Below, piece after piece: positions 1 through 9,261 of a stretch of DNA of 64,000 bases. The stretch's first letter is position 1. The number at the start of each line of letters is the position of its first letter. The DNA lies in IMG/VR virus record IMGVR_UViG_3300027909_000003; one strand, written 5' to 3'. The stretch comes from a virus. A program made the position numbers and the translations under genes. Under the pieces are notes generated by a model. That model was not told the origin of the DNA. It worked only from the letters and a program-made list of their open reading frames with translations, and did no database searches.

Positions 1-807
1 CATGACACTGCGACACAATTGATGCTCTAAAACTGCATCCTGATAGTGTCCTGAAGGCATGCGCTTGCGTTCACTTTTGTTTACCAGATATATGTAATTG
101 CGATTTAGCTCAGACATCAAATCGGCATTTGCTGTGCCATAAGCGATGTAAGCCATGAGCTTGCCAGGCCAGTCACGCCGTCCCCAAAGTTGCTCCCTAG
201 TGGGGTCACGCGCAAAGATGGTAAGATCCTTGAACGGACCCCAGTAATACCCCATCACGCCATACATCATGCCGTACAATTGATGCAGGTGTCCAATACA
301 AACCACCGGATTCTTTTCCAGCCGGGGACAAACAGAGTACAATCGCGGATTGACCCCGCCGTCCCACACGAGTACGTTACACTCCAATTTGTCCTTGGAC
401 CAGGGGCTCATGGCATAAGCGCCAAGAATGTGCGACTCGACATGGGTGAAGGAATACGCCTGCCGTCCTCGTCCCTGCAGCATAATGGGCACAGGCATAG
501 TCTGCCAGCCCCAGCAGTGCTGCTCGCTACTTATTGCGTCACCATCGTGATACGGAGCAACGCGCAATCCCTGCTCGCCTACTTTGAGAAAGCCATGCGT
601 CCAACCATCAATGGCAATCTCACAATCATCAACATTGACGCGTTCACTATGCAGAATGTCCTCAATCTCCTCCACCGATTGGCATTTGCTGTAACGAGGA
701 TTCTCATTGATCTTTTCTAGCTCTATGGAGAACTCAAGCCTGCCATCAGCAATCAATGCAACAGCAGCATCGTGCGTCAGCTTGATCCCCAAGTAGTTCT
801 TACGCAC
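1..807 (-). CDS. Carbamoyltransferase (NodU/CmcH/TobZ-like), N-terminal part; the 3' end runs off the window
   Basis: Absent from the ORF track because there is no stop in the window. Manual minus-strand translation from GTG at 807 gives VRKNYLGIKLTHDAAVALIADGRLEFSIELEKINENPRYSK... and stays open for 269 codons to position 1. The N-terminus resembles the G-x-x-HD-A-A-x-L-x-DG...EEER pattern of carbamoyltransferases. The GTG overlaps the thyX stop. Confidence 0.6.
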   Translation of the reverse strand, partial: MRKNYLGIKLTHDAAVALIADGRLEFSIELEKINENPRYSKCQSVEEIEDILHSERVNVDDCEIAIDGWTHGFLKVGEQGLRVAPYHDGDAISSEQHCWGWQTMPVPIMLQGRGRQAYSFTHVESHILGAYAMSPWSKDKLECNVLVWDGGVNPRLYSVCPRLEKNPVVCIGHLHQLYGMMYGVMGYYWGPFKDLTIFARDPTREQLWGRRDWPGKLMAYIAYGTANADLMSELNRNYIYLVNKSERKRMPSGHYQDAVLEHQLCRSVM

Positions 808-1600
808 GAGGATTCTCCTTTGGCCTTGCTTCGAACCGAATCTTCGACCAAGCCTCTTGTATCTCATCACGCGTCGCAGGACGATCTTCATCCAAGTCCC
901 ATCGCTCAGCTGTATCAGGATTGAACACCATGCCTTTGATCGGGCATTCCTTAAAGTGTGGGAAGCAACATACACCATGCCTTGCGCAGTGTACACGCAA
1001 GAACGGCTCAGCCCAAGGATGCACTTCAATCACCGCTTCGCGCATGAGCCGGAACACATCCTGGTACTCACCTTGTGTTCGTGTGCACAAACGTAAGCCT
1101 GCCATGTGACTCAAAGTGCGTAGATTGAATTTGCCAATGATCGATGTAGCCACATTCGTAGGAAGAACACCACGAGCGTCCTGTGGTGCAACACCAACAT
1201 TGATCAGATCATGATACGCATGGTTTATGTTGTGCATTGCATCGTGATAGATGCTATATGCTTCACTCTCTTTATCAGTGATCTGTTCACCAGTGCTGAT
1301 GTATTCAAATCCACTCATGTCTACTGTCCGCTGTGACTGCTGTGCGTAGCTCCCTTCACGCGAGCGAACAAACTGGTGCGTGAAGGCCCGGCTTACGCCT
1401 GTGATTAGGAAGATGTAGTCACAGAACTCCCATGAGGACTCGATCGTGCCCAGCATGTAGTTGAGCTCTGATAGCTTGCGCTCCATAGGCCAGTCGCGAA
1501 CCGCCTGCAAATCCTCAGGAGTGAAAGACAAGCGAGTCTGCTTTGTCATCACCAACATGTCTAGAGCGTCAGGATCGTACCTAATCAATTTTACGTTCAT
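800..1600 (-). CDS. thyX: Flavin-dependent thymidylate synthase ThyX
   Basis: 266-aa ORF with a ThyX-like signature region (FTHQFVRSREGSYAQQSQRTV, resembling RHRxxSxxxxSxR) and a conserved C-terminal block (LRTLSHMAGLRLCTRTQGEYQ). Start overlaps the upstream stop. Confidence 0.85.
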   Translation of the reverse strand: MNVKLIRYDPDALDMLVMTKQTRLSFTPEDLQAVRDWPMERKLSELNYMLGTIESSWEFCDYIFLITGVSRAFTHQFVRSREGSYAQQSQRTVDMSGFEYISTGEQITDKESEAYSIYHDAMHNINHAYHDLINVGVAPQDARGVLPTNVATSIIGKFNLRTLSHMAGLRLCTRTQGEYQDVFRLMREAVIEVHPWAEPFLRVHCARHGVCCFPHFKECPIKGMVFNPDTAERWDLDEDRPATRDEIQEAWSKIRFEARPKENPRA

Positions 1601-2142
1601 GGCATTTTCACCAGCTGTGTAAAGATGGCGATGTTTCTTTCCACAAGAAACATTCCGAATGTTACATGCTCACGAAATTTCCATCCTTCGCGATCCTTGG
1701 AGTAGTACGGCTGGTTCAGTAGATTACTAAAGATATCATTCGCACAAATTCTCATATGCCCAAAATCATGATACGCCATCGATCCAAGGTAGTGCGGTAC
1801 AACGATGTTTGCCACGCCACCAGGAGCTAGAACACGTTGCATCTCTCTAAGCACGCCAATCGGATTTAAAAGGTGTTCTAAGAAATGGTATGCATGAATC
1901 TCAGACACGCTTTCGTCATCTCTTGGAATGGGCATACGATCTGCATCCCACTCGGGGAAATCAAAATTTATTGCGCCTGGGATGATTGACGCGCCAGAAC
2001 CTAGATTGATCGCACACTGGACATCATCGCATTCGGGCTCATAAAACTCCGGGATGTCTCGTTTCATCCCAAGCTTGAAAAATTCCTGAATGTCTTTCAC
2101 GACTCGAGTCTCCGATGATATCCAGTACGTTGTTCGATCCAA
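1597..2142 (-). CDS. Class I SAM-dependent methyltransferase
   Basis: INLGSGASIIPGAINFD (glycine-rich SAM loop) and FLEHLLNPIGVLREMQRVLAPGGVANIVVP are typical of Methyltransf_11-type enzymes. Start is uncertain: 2142 overlaps the upstream gene by 46 nt, and an alternative Met lies at 2067. Confidence 0.7.
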   Translation of the reverse strand: MDRTTYWISSETRVVKDIQEFFKLGMKRDIPEFYEPECDDVQCAINLGSGASIIPGAINFDFPEWDADRMPIPRDDESVSEIHAYHFLEHLLNPIGVLREMQRVLAPGGVANIVVPHYLGSMAYHDFGHMRICANDIFSNLLNQPYYSKDREGWKFREHVTFGMFLVERNIAIFTQLVKMP

Positions 2143-3014
2143 CGACTAACCTTCTTGATGTCTTGTACTACATCATCAAGAAGAATTTGTCGCCAGGTGC
2201 CAAAACGACCGATGCTGTACACACGATACTCATCTGTCATGTGCAGCAGGAACTGTTGACGAACATCTTCATCAATGGGAATCAGTTTACCATACTCCTG
2301 CCGTTTGGTTCCTCCTCCGACCCACTCAATATATTCTAAACCGAAATCATAGAGAATGTTGTCAAACTCTTGATTAGTGATAGGTCCGGTCATTGACTCA
2401 ACAATCATCTGCTGTCCTGTCACGCTGACCCTGTAGTACGACTCACTACCAGGGTAGTAGATTGTCTGGTGAATGTCAACGGCACTGTCAAGCAAAATTG
2501 TCGTCGACCAAATAGGTCGCCATGCATAATGTATCTGCACATCCCAACCAACAATCCTCATCAGATCAGGCATGGGGATTGTGCTGATTACATGGTCTCC
2601 ATTCTCCTTGTGCTCAATCAGTCTTTCTAATGTCAGCTCTTCAGAAGTCCAAATCGAGACATCCCGGGCAAGAGTCTTGAGAAAATCGGGAGGTGCTATA
2701 TACCTCACGCACGGAGCAAGATTGATGATCGATCTTGATGATACTCTGCCTGTGACCTTATAGCTGTATCTGTTTGCGTCCCGCAGGGAGCACTCGGTTG
2801 AGAGCAACTGATTGGACTTAATTGCCTTGGTGACGTCCACCATTCTAAAGCGTTGGCCAGTCTCCAATTCCACTGCAGGAGTGCGAAAGCGGAGCAACGC
2901 GCCGTGATTATCGGGCAAAGAATCTTGTCGCTCTCGCACAATCGGCTGGTGCCGTCGCAGAATATTTGCTGCCAGCAGCCCTGCCATGCCTGCACCGTAG
3001 ATCATTACCCCCAT
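2097..3014 (-). CDS. FAD/NAD(P)-binding flavoenzyme (amine-oxidase or UDP-galactopyranose-mutase-like fold)
   Basis: N-terminal dinucleotide-binding motif MIYGAGMAGLLAANIL (GxGxxG). C-terminal SIGRFGTWRQILLDDVV resembles the conserved C-terminal motif of this flavoenzyme superfamily. Confidence 0.65.
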   Translation of the reverse strand: MGVMIYGAGMAGLLAANILRRHQPIVRERQDSLPDNHGALLRFRTPAVELETGQRFRMVDVTKAIKSNQLLSTECSLRDANRYSYKVTGRVSSRSIINLAPCVRYIAPPDFLKTLARDVSIWTSEELTLERLIEHKENGDHVISTIPMPDLMRIVGWDVQIHYAWRPIWSTTILLDSAVDIHQTIYYPGSESYYRVSVTGQQMIVESMTGPITNQEFDNILYDFGLEYIEWVGGGTKRQEYGKLIPIDEDVRQQFLLHMTDEYRVYSIGRFGTWRQILLDDVVQDIKKVSRWIEQRTGYHRRLES

Positions 3015-3052
3015 AAAGCACCTCTGAGTCTTTTCAACGACTTACGAAAATT

Positions 3053-3217
3053 GGTTTTGCGCGGTTTTGTTTTTTCGAAAAGTCAAAACCGTTTACGAAT
3101 AGCCCTAGTCACGCCCGAATAAGGAGTTACGGGTTTGGTTTTGAGGTTTTGAGGTTTTGAGGTCGGATCACCCATCACACCGGCGAGTTGCTCACGCCCT
3201 ATAGGGTACCCAAAACC
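3053..3217. repeat. Cluster of GGTTTTG iterons (5 direct, 2 inverted) with palindromes
   Basis: GGTTTTG at 3053, 3063, 3137, 3145 and 3153; CAAAACC at 3084 and 3211. Palindromes TTTTCGAAAA (3072-3081) and CCCTATAGGG (3198-3207). All lie in the intergenic gap between the primase stop and the flavoenzyme start. Confidence 0.85.
3137..3160 (+). repeat. Perfect 3 x 8-nt tandem repeat GGTTTTGA
   Basis: Read directly: ggttttga ggttttga ggttttga. Confidence 0.95.
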
Positions 3218-3219
3218 GC

Positions 3220-4983
3220 TCACTGGGCCTCCCCCTCATCGCCCTCGCCGGCCCCTACCCAGCCCTCGGCGCCCCCCTCGCCGGCCGCCGCTAGGGCTCG
3301 AGCCCGTAGCCGCCGGAGGGGGTAACAGTAGTAATTGCGTGTTGTTCCTCTGCTGCCCTCCAATCGAGTTTTCACAACCCTATGCACAAATCCCAATTCC
3401 ACAAGCGCGTGCACAGGGTTGGCAAGCGGTGGACACCTGCCTACTTTCATGTCGAAGTGCATGGAATCAGATCTGATGAACAGACATTCCTCTGGCTCGC
3501 CCCAGTCGGATAGACCCAGCGGACCATCATCAACTTTCAAGAACGATTGACCCTCAAGCACACTAGCATCCTTGAAATCAGGAGCAGCATCGGCAACTTC
3601 TGACAGATAAGACTCCAGCTCCTGTGAAGCACGCACACTTTGACCATTGCCTATGACTCGTAAGATTGAGCCAGAACGCTGCACAAGATCTCGAAAGTAA
3701 ACAGGTGGCTTGCTTGGCAAAGAGTCTACAGCAACGCGTGATCCGAGCACAAGCTCAACCCACCAATTCCATTGAAGAATCTTGCCACGACTTGTTGCCC
3801 TCACATCGCGCATTTCATTATCGCATTGGATCCTGACGTGCCAAGATCCCTCAATAGAATCAACAGCCCACAGGTCCACAATCTTCACACCACCGAGCAT
3901 CCCGGACATCGCGAGAAACCATTTAGCTCTGACGCTAGAATCAACGGTAGCAGATGAGTCCAATTCATCTGTTACCTCTTCAGCCAGAGTAATCGTCTCC
4001 TGCGAAATTCGATCACGATCATTGGCAGTCTTCGCTTTTCGAAGAATGCGTTCAAAGTAGCCAGGATCAGTTATGTGGAGTGGATCTTTGGATGTGCCAG
4101 GATCAGTAATCTCATTCAACCATTTTCGCCGATGGGTGATGATTGTGTCTACGATTTCCTGCGGAGTCCAATTCAGAGCATCAAGACGTGTGGCAAGGGA
4201 CAAATCATAGCCAGACAAGGAGTTATCCACAGGCATCTTGATCTTATGTTCCATGATCTGTGGAATTTCATGCTGGTTCGTAGCAGCAACGTGCCATTTG
4301 TCGAATGGCGGTTGTGCATCATCCCTCAAAGCAAACTCCAGGGTAACACTAGAGATGGCAGAATTGCGCGCCCGTGTCTCAACTTGCCATGACTGGAATG
4401 CAGAGGGCTCGTAGCGGATTTCTTCTTGCTGCAGGATGAAGACAGGCACAGGCTGTGCACGTTTGAAGTTGCTCGTTCCTGGCACTCGTAAGACTCGTGC
4501 CAGATCTGCAACAGCATCAAGTTCAGCCTTTGATTCAAGCCTGGCAACTTGCCTACAGTACTGAAGCCAGCCCAACTCAAGAGATGCTGCTCGGCTGTCT
4601 TTCGCAGACAACGACTCTTGAAACAACCAATGAGCGTGAATGCCACCCCCTGTTGAAACCAAGAGTGTCGGCCGGAGCGGCAGAGCGGCAATAAATCGCT
4701 GCACACCCTCAACATCATTAAAGCCCTTGGAGAAATCTAGATCTAGCCACAGGCCTGGAATTGCTAGTGCTGTATCAGTCGTTCCACGACCCTTTGGTAC
4801 ACGCGGCTGGGCCGCCATACCAAAGTAGACATCAACAGTCTTGCCAATCTCGAGAGCACGTTTTCCAGCCTTGTCGACGTCCGAGTAGAACTCAGACGAC
4901 ATTTTTCCTTCGCGCTTGATTGCTAAAACAAGATGGCCGCCTTCTGGCAGACCAACTGGCCACAATGTATGAAAGAATTCCAA
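3220..4983 (-). CDS. Archaeo-eukaryotic-type DNA primase-polymerase (AEP/prim-pol) with a large C-terminal domain
   Basis: AEP catalytic motifs in order: VYFGMA, LWLDLDF (DxD), STGGGIHAHWLF (sGxGxH), RVPGTSNFK. The last ~30 codons (…RARALAAAGEGGAEGWVGAGEGDEGEAQ) are encoded by a GC-rich island. Confidence 0.75.
   Translation of the reverse strand: MEFFHTLWPVGLPEGGHLVLAIKREGKMSSEFYSDVDKAGKRALEIGKTVDVYFGMAAQPRVPKGRGTTDTALAIPGLWLDLDFSKGFNDVEGVQRFIAALPLRPTLLVSTGGGIHAHWLFQESLSAKDSRAASLELGWLQYCRQVARLESKAELDAVADLARVLRVPGTSNFKRAQPVPVFILQQEEIRYEPSAFQSWQVETRARNSAISSVTLEFALRDDAQPPFDKWHVAATNQHEIPQIMEHKIKMPVDNSLSGYDLSLATRLDALNWTPQEIVDTIITHRRKWLNEITDPGTSKDPLHITDPGYFERILRKAKTANDRDRISQETITLAEEVTDELDSSATVDSSVRAKWFLAMSGMLGGVKIVDLWAVDSIEGSWHVRIQCDNEMRDVRATSRGKILQWNWWVELVLGSRVAVDSLPSKPPVYFRDLVQRSGSILRVIGNGQSVRASQELESYLSEVADAAPDFKDASVLEGQSFLKVDDGPLGLSDWGEPEECLFIRSDSMHFDMKVGRCPPLANPVHALVELGFVHRVVKTRLEGSRGTTRNYYCYPLRRLRARALAAAGEGGAEGWVGAGEGDEGEAQ
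3224..3322. repeat. GC-rich TA-punctuated island (family member A) forming the 3' end of the primase ORF
   Basis: Runs of G/C interrupted by cctac, gctaggg, cgtagcc and ggtaac. Composition contrasts sharply with the flanks. Confidence 0.55.
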
Positions 4984-4986
4984 CGA

Positions 4987-6558
4987 CTACCCTCTGACTG
5001 GAATTTCTACAGCCCAACCCTGCTGGCGCAGAATTGTCAATGTTTGCCGCGCACGAGTCATTCCAACATAGAAGGTGCGCAATACACCATCGTGATGTGC
5101 CCACCCAGGTCGGCGAAAAGTCTCCATGCCCTTCATAGAGAGATCAGGAGCAAGAATCACGTGATCAGCCTGACCACCTTTCACAGAATGAATTGTCCCA
5201 AGGATGATATTTGGTTTTGCTCGCAGTCCTTCAAGCCCAAGCCTCTTGTACACTGTGATTGGATACTGCAGTGCTCTGCGTGTTGCTGCTTGTGAGTGCT
5301 CAGCAAACCAGTCTATGTTCTTGTTTAGCATGGCTTGACAGGCCATGTCAGTAAAGATCTTTCGTATCGCTTTTTGCATTTGCTCCACTGTGGCACCATC
5401 AGACATCCAATCGATGTCATCCTGTGATACTGGTCTAGCACCAGTACGGAGCATTGTCTTTGCCAGGAGAGAAATTTGTTCTGGTGATGGTAGTGTAACA
5501 CCATCAGTCATAGCAGAAACACACGCACACCATGCCTCAATCCGATCCGTCGCTGTGCGCCTACGTTCTGTCCCGTGCTGCAGCGGGCTCCATGCAGAAT
5601 CACTACGGTAAGGATTGTGGTACGGGATGCCACGCTTGCGCAGCAATGTGATAAAAGGATTCAACATGTAGGCGCAAGTGGCCAAGAACATGACTGTTCC
5701 TTCTAGGCGATCAATCAGATTGAGAGTGCGCTCAGCTTCACTCCAACCAATATTGACAGCAACACACGACCCCTCCTCCTCGCGCGGTTTATATTCCGCG
5801 TTGAGATAGGTGCTGCTGCGCTTACCGAGCGCTACTGCTGCAGACTGCACAGCCCTGGGCACCCGGTAACTTTGTCCCAAAACTATCGTGGGGACCGCGT
5901 GCGCAGTCTCCTCTGCCGCGTGACGCCAGTGATAGATGGACTGGTTTGGGTCACCAATCAACCCAAAATGATCCACATATTGGGCCCAACTACGAAGAAG
6001 AGTCAATTCAAGCTTAGAATGGTCTTGATATTCATCAGCAATGAGAGCTGCAGGATTCCCTGGCGGCATAGGAACATCATTATAGGCATGCTCGATCATA
6101 TCGGTGAAATCTACGAGACCTTCCTGACTCTTATGATCTTCCCATGCCTCAGCAAAATTCTTGGCAGACTCCGGCACAGGCACCATGTGATGCCGCGCAC
6201 GCTCCACAAGAGCCATGAACCTATCACCCAAGGTTTCTCTTGGCGGCTGGTCGCCAGCTTCTTCACGCTCAGTGCCACTGAGCGCCCAGTCAGGGTACTC
6301 ATCATTCCACGCTGTAATCGCTGCAGCATTGACCATTTTTGGTTGGCCCAACGCTCGAAAACAATGCGAGTGAAGTGTGCCTACCATCTGGCGTGACAAT
6401 TCTGTGCGACCAGCCAACTCACGCGCAGCAGCACGCGTCAGAGAGATTGCCAAGCATCGGTCAGGCCCATACCGCTCTACATGGCGCTCAACTTGGCGTG
6501 CTGCCCAAGTTGTCTTACCACACCCAGGAGGACCTACAACGATGTGTTCCTGCATCAA
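4987..6558 (-). CDS. UvrD/Rep-like superfamily 1 DNA helicase
   Basis: Walker A GPPGCGKTT, motif II ADEYQD, motif VI-like TIHSVKGGQADHV, C-terminal YVGMTRAR. Confidence 0.85.
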   Translation of the reverse strand: MMQEHIVVGPPGCGKTTWAARQVERHVERYGPDRCLAISLTRAAARELAGRTELSRQMVGTLHSHCFRALGQPKMVNAAAITAWNDEYPDWALSGTEREEAGDQPPRETLGDRFMALVERARHHMVPVPESAKNFAEAWEDHKSQEGLVDFTDMIEHAYNDVPMPPGNPAALIADEYQDHSKLELTLLRSWAQYVDHFGLIGDPNQSIYHWRHAAEETAHAVPTIVLGQSYRVPRAVQSAAVALGKRSSTYLNAEYKPREEEGSCVAVNIGWSEAERTLNLIDRLEGTVMFLATCAYMLNPFITLLRKRGIPYHNPYRSDSAWSPLQHGTERRRTATDRIEAWCACVSAMTDGVTLPSPEQISLLAKTMLRTGARPVSQDDIDWMSDGATVEQMQKAIRKIFTDMACQAMLNKNIDWFAEHSQAATRRALQYPITVYKRLGLEGLRAKPNIILGTIHSVKGGQADHVILAPDLSMKGMETFRRPGWAHHDGVLRTFYVGMTRARQTLTILRQQGWAVEIPVRG

Positions 6559-6761
6559 CGGAATCCGACGTCGAGTGAGCGTAATCCTTCGTGCGACACT
6601 TCTACCGCATCTACCACTTGCTCATATCGCACACCACCAGTCACCCAGGCAACAGAGTATTTGATGCAACCAGCAACAAGAACTCGTGCCTCTAGAATAG
6701 TCACCTCAATCGCTCCCATGTGTGCTTTTTGTCCTGGCTCGGCGACCAGTACTGCGCTCAT
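6555..6761 (-). CDS. Hypothetical small protein
   Basis: 68-aa ORF that fills the gap exactly, with start and stop overlaps on both sides. No recognisable domain. Confidence 0.35.
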   Translation of the reverse strand: MSAVLVAEPGQKAHMGAIEVTILEARVLVAGCIKYSVAWVTGGVRYEQVVDAVEVSHEGLRSLDVGFR

Positions 6762-7168
6762 TTGCTAATCAAGCATTCGCGCCGCGAAGGAATGCGCACG
6801 CCAGGGATCAATCCTGCAAGCTTTGTTTTCATCTGTCCATCTGGCAGCAATGCTACAGCCTCAGCAATCACGGCATCACCAGCACGCTGCGCAGTCAGCA
6901 CCTTGTCCGGAACATGGAGCACAATAGCCTTGCGCATCAAAAGAACCGTCAGCAATGCATCCATAAATCCGCCAGGAGCTGATTGCTCCATGGCATTAAC
7001 AACTACAAGTGCACGGTTAAAGAACCATTCTTTTTGCGCCTCGGTATCGGCGAAAACAGGAAGATTGCCTTCATCAAAGCGAATTTCCAATTCAGGAACA
7101 TTTCTGTCACCAATTGCAGAGGCTTTTGGTGCATGCAGAACTCGTAGACCAACAGGTTGTGTTTGCAT
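6758..7168 (-). CDS. Hypothetical protein
   Basis: 136-aa ORF in operon register. No recognisable motif. Confidence 0.5.
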   Translation of the reverse strand: MQTQPVGLRVLHAPKASAIGDRNVPELEIRFDEGNLPVFADTEAQKEWFFNRALVVVNAMEQSAPGGFMDALLTVLLMRKAIVLHVPDKVLTAQRAGDAVIAEAVALLPDGQMKTKLAGLIPGVRIPSRRECLISK

Positions 7169-7534
7169 TTAGTATTCGTCCGGATAATCGTGCATTGACA
7201 TTCGTCCAAAGTCGTCTTGTGCTATTGAATGGTCATTGCTAAAGTCATCTTCAGCATTGTGAATCACGGCCATCGCCTCTTCAACTGTCTCTACCCACTC
7301 GCACACAGCACCACTTTTGCGAATTTCTTCCATGACTGCTTCTTGCAGTCGTGTTGGCTTCTTACCTGGAACCTTGAATTCTAGGTAACACGCCCGACCG
7401 CGTGGGCGCAGCAAGTGCACAAGTAGATCAGGGACTCCGGCGCGCAGGTACTGTGATGCGCCTAGGCGCAAGCACCAACGGCCGGAGTCCTTGATCTTCT
7501 TTGCGGCACGATTTTTGATGCCGCTTTCGCTCAT
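7169..7534 (-). CDS. VRR-NUC domain nuclease
   Basis: GVPDLLVH...CYLEFKVPGKKPTRLQ matches the PD-(D/E)xK-type VRR-NUC core (D...ExK followed by a Q). Confidence 0.8.
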   Translation of the reverse strand: MSESGIKNRAAKKIKDSGRWCLRLGASQYLRAGVPDLLVHLLRPRGRACYLEFKVPGKKPTRLQEAVMEEIRKSGAVCEWVETVEEAMAVIHNAEDDFSNDHSIAQDDFGRMSMHDYPDEY

Positions 7535-8272
7535 TTACTGAGCGACACCCTCGCGATACTGTACGAAAGTCTCGCGAGTTTGGATGGCGAACTGCTGAGC
7601 AGCAGCCACTTCCTCATTCGTCAGTTGACGAATAATTGACGGCTGTGCCTTGGCAAACTTGATGCCATTCTTGTTGCGCGATTCGATGAGGTTGAACCGG
7701 ACAAGGAAGCACCAATAGGGTTTTCCCTTGCCAGTTATCTGCATCAGCCACTGCTTCATAGGCTGGAGAGACGTGGGCGGGAGCGCGATGACACTAGGCA
7801 AAGCCATGCCTTCACGAAGGATGAAAACGAAGCGCTGCTGCTTGCACGCCTGACCACGCGCCTTTTCGTCACCATCACTCTCGGCGCTTCCCCACTGAGC
7901 ATATGGGCATGAAGCGCACTCTCCACCAGGATCACCAATGCCGATCAGATTGTCAGGAGAAGAGCAATCCGGCGGTACACCACCACCGCTTTCACTGAGG
8001 CTTTGCTTCCAGAAGCTGCGACCCAACTTGTGGAACATGATGATGCCTTCAACCGACTGCTCATAGGTTGGCACGCCGCTGAGCCCAGGAATCTCCCACG
8101 CCAGCATCCCGCCTGAGGGGACCTTGATCCGCTCAAGATCCCAAACAGCAATCTTCTCACCACCGAGGTTAGCTTCCAGTGCTGCAGCAACGTCACCACC
8201 GCCCATCAGTGCTGGGTACTTGCTTTGCAGCAAAGCAAGCGAATTCTCTTCGGCTTCTTCTTTCTTCGCCAT
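7535..8272 (-). CDS. Hypothetical replication/recombination-module protein with a Cys cluster
   Basis: 245-aa ORF with a cysteine cluster (PPDC...ECASC...QACK). Context lies between nuclease and helicase genes. Family not recognised. Confidence 0.55.
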   Translation of the reverse strand: MAKKEEAEENSLALLQSKYPALMGGGDVAAALEANLGGEKIAVWDLERIKVPSGGMLAWEIPGLSGVPTYEQSVEGIIMFHKLGRSFWKQSLSESGGGVPPDCSSPDNLIGIGDPGGECASCPYAQWGSAESDGDEKARGQACKQQRFVFILREGMALPSVIALPPTSLQPMKQWLMQITGKGKPYWCFLVRFNLIESRNKNGIKFAKAQPSIIRQLTNEEVAAAQQFAIQTRETFVQYREGVAQ

Positions 8273-8291
8273 GTCTTTTTACCTCTTTGTT

Positions 8292-8750
8292 TTAGGAGAC
8301 GATCTGCCCGCTGGCGATGCGATCTTCACTGAGACGTGCAATCATTTCAGACATCGTCTCTAGATTGAGATGAAGGTTCTTGACCATTGCAACATACAAA
8401 AAGAATGCCTTGTCTCGCATGCTAGAGGCAGGATGACGATAAGCAATCACCTCAAGAGCATGCATTACATGTGCGTACCAGTGCTGTGGCAAATGGCCAA
8501 ACTCACTCGGCTTGAATGGCGCAGGCGGTTCGCTCTGGAAGAACGCACCAGGGACATTCACCTCACGAGGATCATGTGGCACCATGAAGGCAAACCGAAT
8601 AAAGGAAGTCAAACGTCGTCCAGGCGAGTCAGCAACGCCGCGCGATGTCCACGGCTTAGGCTCCTCGTCGCATCCACGCACAGCAGTGAGCAATGTGCCC
8701 TGCTCACGCAGCGGCAACTCCATCACCCATGGCTGCAGAACGCTATTCAC
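8292..8750 (-). CDS. Hypothetical protein
   Basis: 152-aa ORF in operon register. Confidence 0.5.
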   Translation of the reverse strand: MNSVLQPWVMELPLREQGTLLTAVRGCDEEPKPWTSRGVADSPGRRLTSFIRFAFMVPHDPREVNVPGAFFQSEPPAPFKPSEFGHLPQHWYAHVMHALEVIAYRHPASSMRDKAFFLYVAMVKNLHLNLETMSEMIARLSEDRIASGQIVS

Positions 8751-9174
8751 GACCGCGCACTCCCACGCGATGCTTCACCTCTGCGCGCACCCACTCACCC
8801 AGAGGAGGTGGCACGTTGCCGTCGTCGTCGACGAGGTCTTTCAAAAGACCTCGTACAGACTGATGATTGTACGTGATCATCCCCTCATGTCCCATGGCAA
8901 TGAGTGTGTCCACTGCGTGCTTGCGGGCTACATCACGATCAACACCATCTGGGATGATCAGCGCAGGCCACATTTCACGACGGATGTGTACTGTGCCACC
9001 CTTGACTTTCATCGAAGATACACCACTTGCGATGAATGCTTCAGACAAACGATCTTCCAAGATCTTCAAGTTGGCTTCAACATCAGCAACTTGAGATTGC
9101 AGCTTGCGTCGTTTCTCGTGCAGCTTGGCAAACTCCGTCGCATCGCGAGCTAACTCTGATTGCGGTTGTTTCAT
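8743..9174 (-). CDS. Hypothetical coiled-coil protein
   Basis: ORF-track ORF 8743..9189 trimmed to ATG at 9174 (MKQPQSELARD...). The TTG at 9189 lies inside the terminator T-run. Confidence 0.55.
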   Translation of the reverse strand: MKQPQSELARDATEFAKLHEKRRKLQSQVADVEANLKILEDRLSEAFIASGVSSMKVKGGTVHIRREMWPALIIPDGVDRDVARKHAVDTLIAMGHEGMITYNHQSVRGLLKDLVDDDGNVPPPLGEWVRAEVKHRVGVRGRE

Positions 9175-9186
9175 TTTTTCACCATG

Positions 9187-9234
9187 CAAAAAAAGAACCG
9201 AGGGCGCCGGCAGAAAGGCCCGGCGCCCTCGGTT
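9187..9234 (-). terminator. Intrinsic (rho-independent) terminator after the H1-like gene
   Basis: Perfect 15-bp stem aaccgagggcgccgg (9196-9210) / ccggcgccctcggtt (9220-9234) with a 9-nt loop. On the minus strand it is followed by a T-run (plus-strand A-run 9188-9194). Confidence 0.8.
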
Positions 9235-9261
9235 GAGGGCCAGTTGAAATGCGGTAGGCGA

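Noticed and set aside
190-720. 176-aa plus-strand ORF at the left end
   Set aside because: It lies antisense to a minus-strand frame that is open across the whole 1-807 segment. That minus-strand frame has a recognisable carbamoyltransferase N-terminus and a start coupled to the thyX stop. The plus-strand protein has no motif and an odd composition.
800-1600. Idea that ThyX signals thymidine hypermodification of phage DNA
   Set aside because: ThyX alone is a common phage dTMP-synthesis gene. I saw no 5-hmdU kinase, aGPT-Pplase, radical-SAM or DNA glycosyltransferase signatures. It is kept only as a low-probability alternative in the left-end cluster finding.
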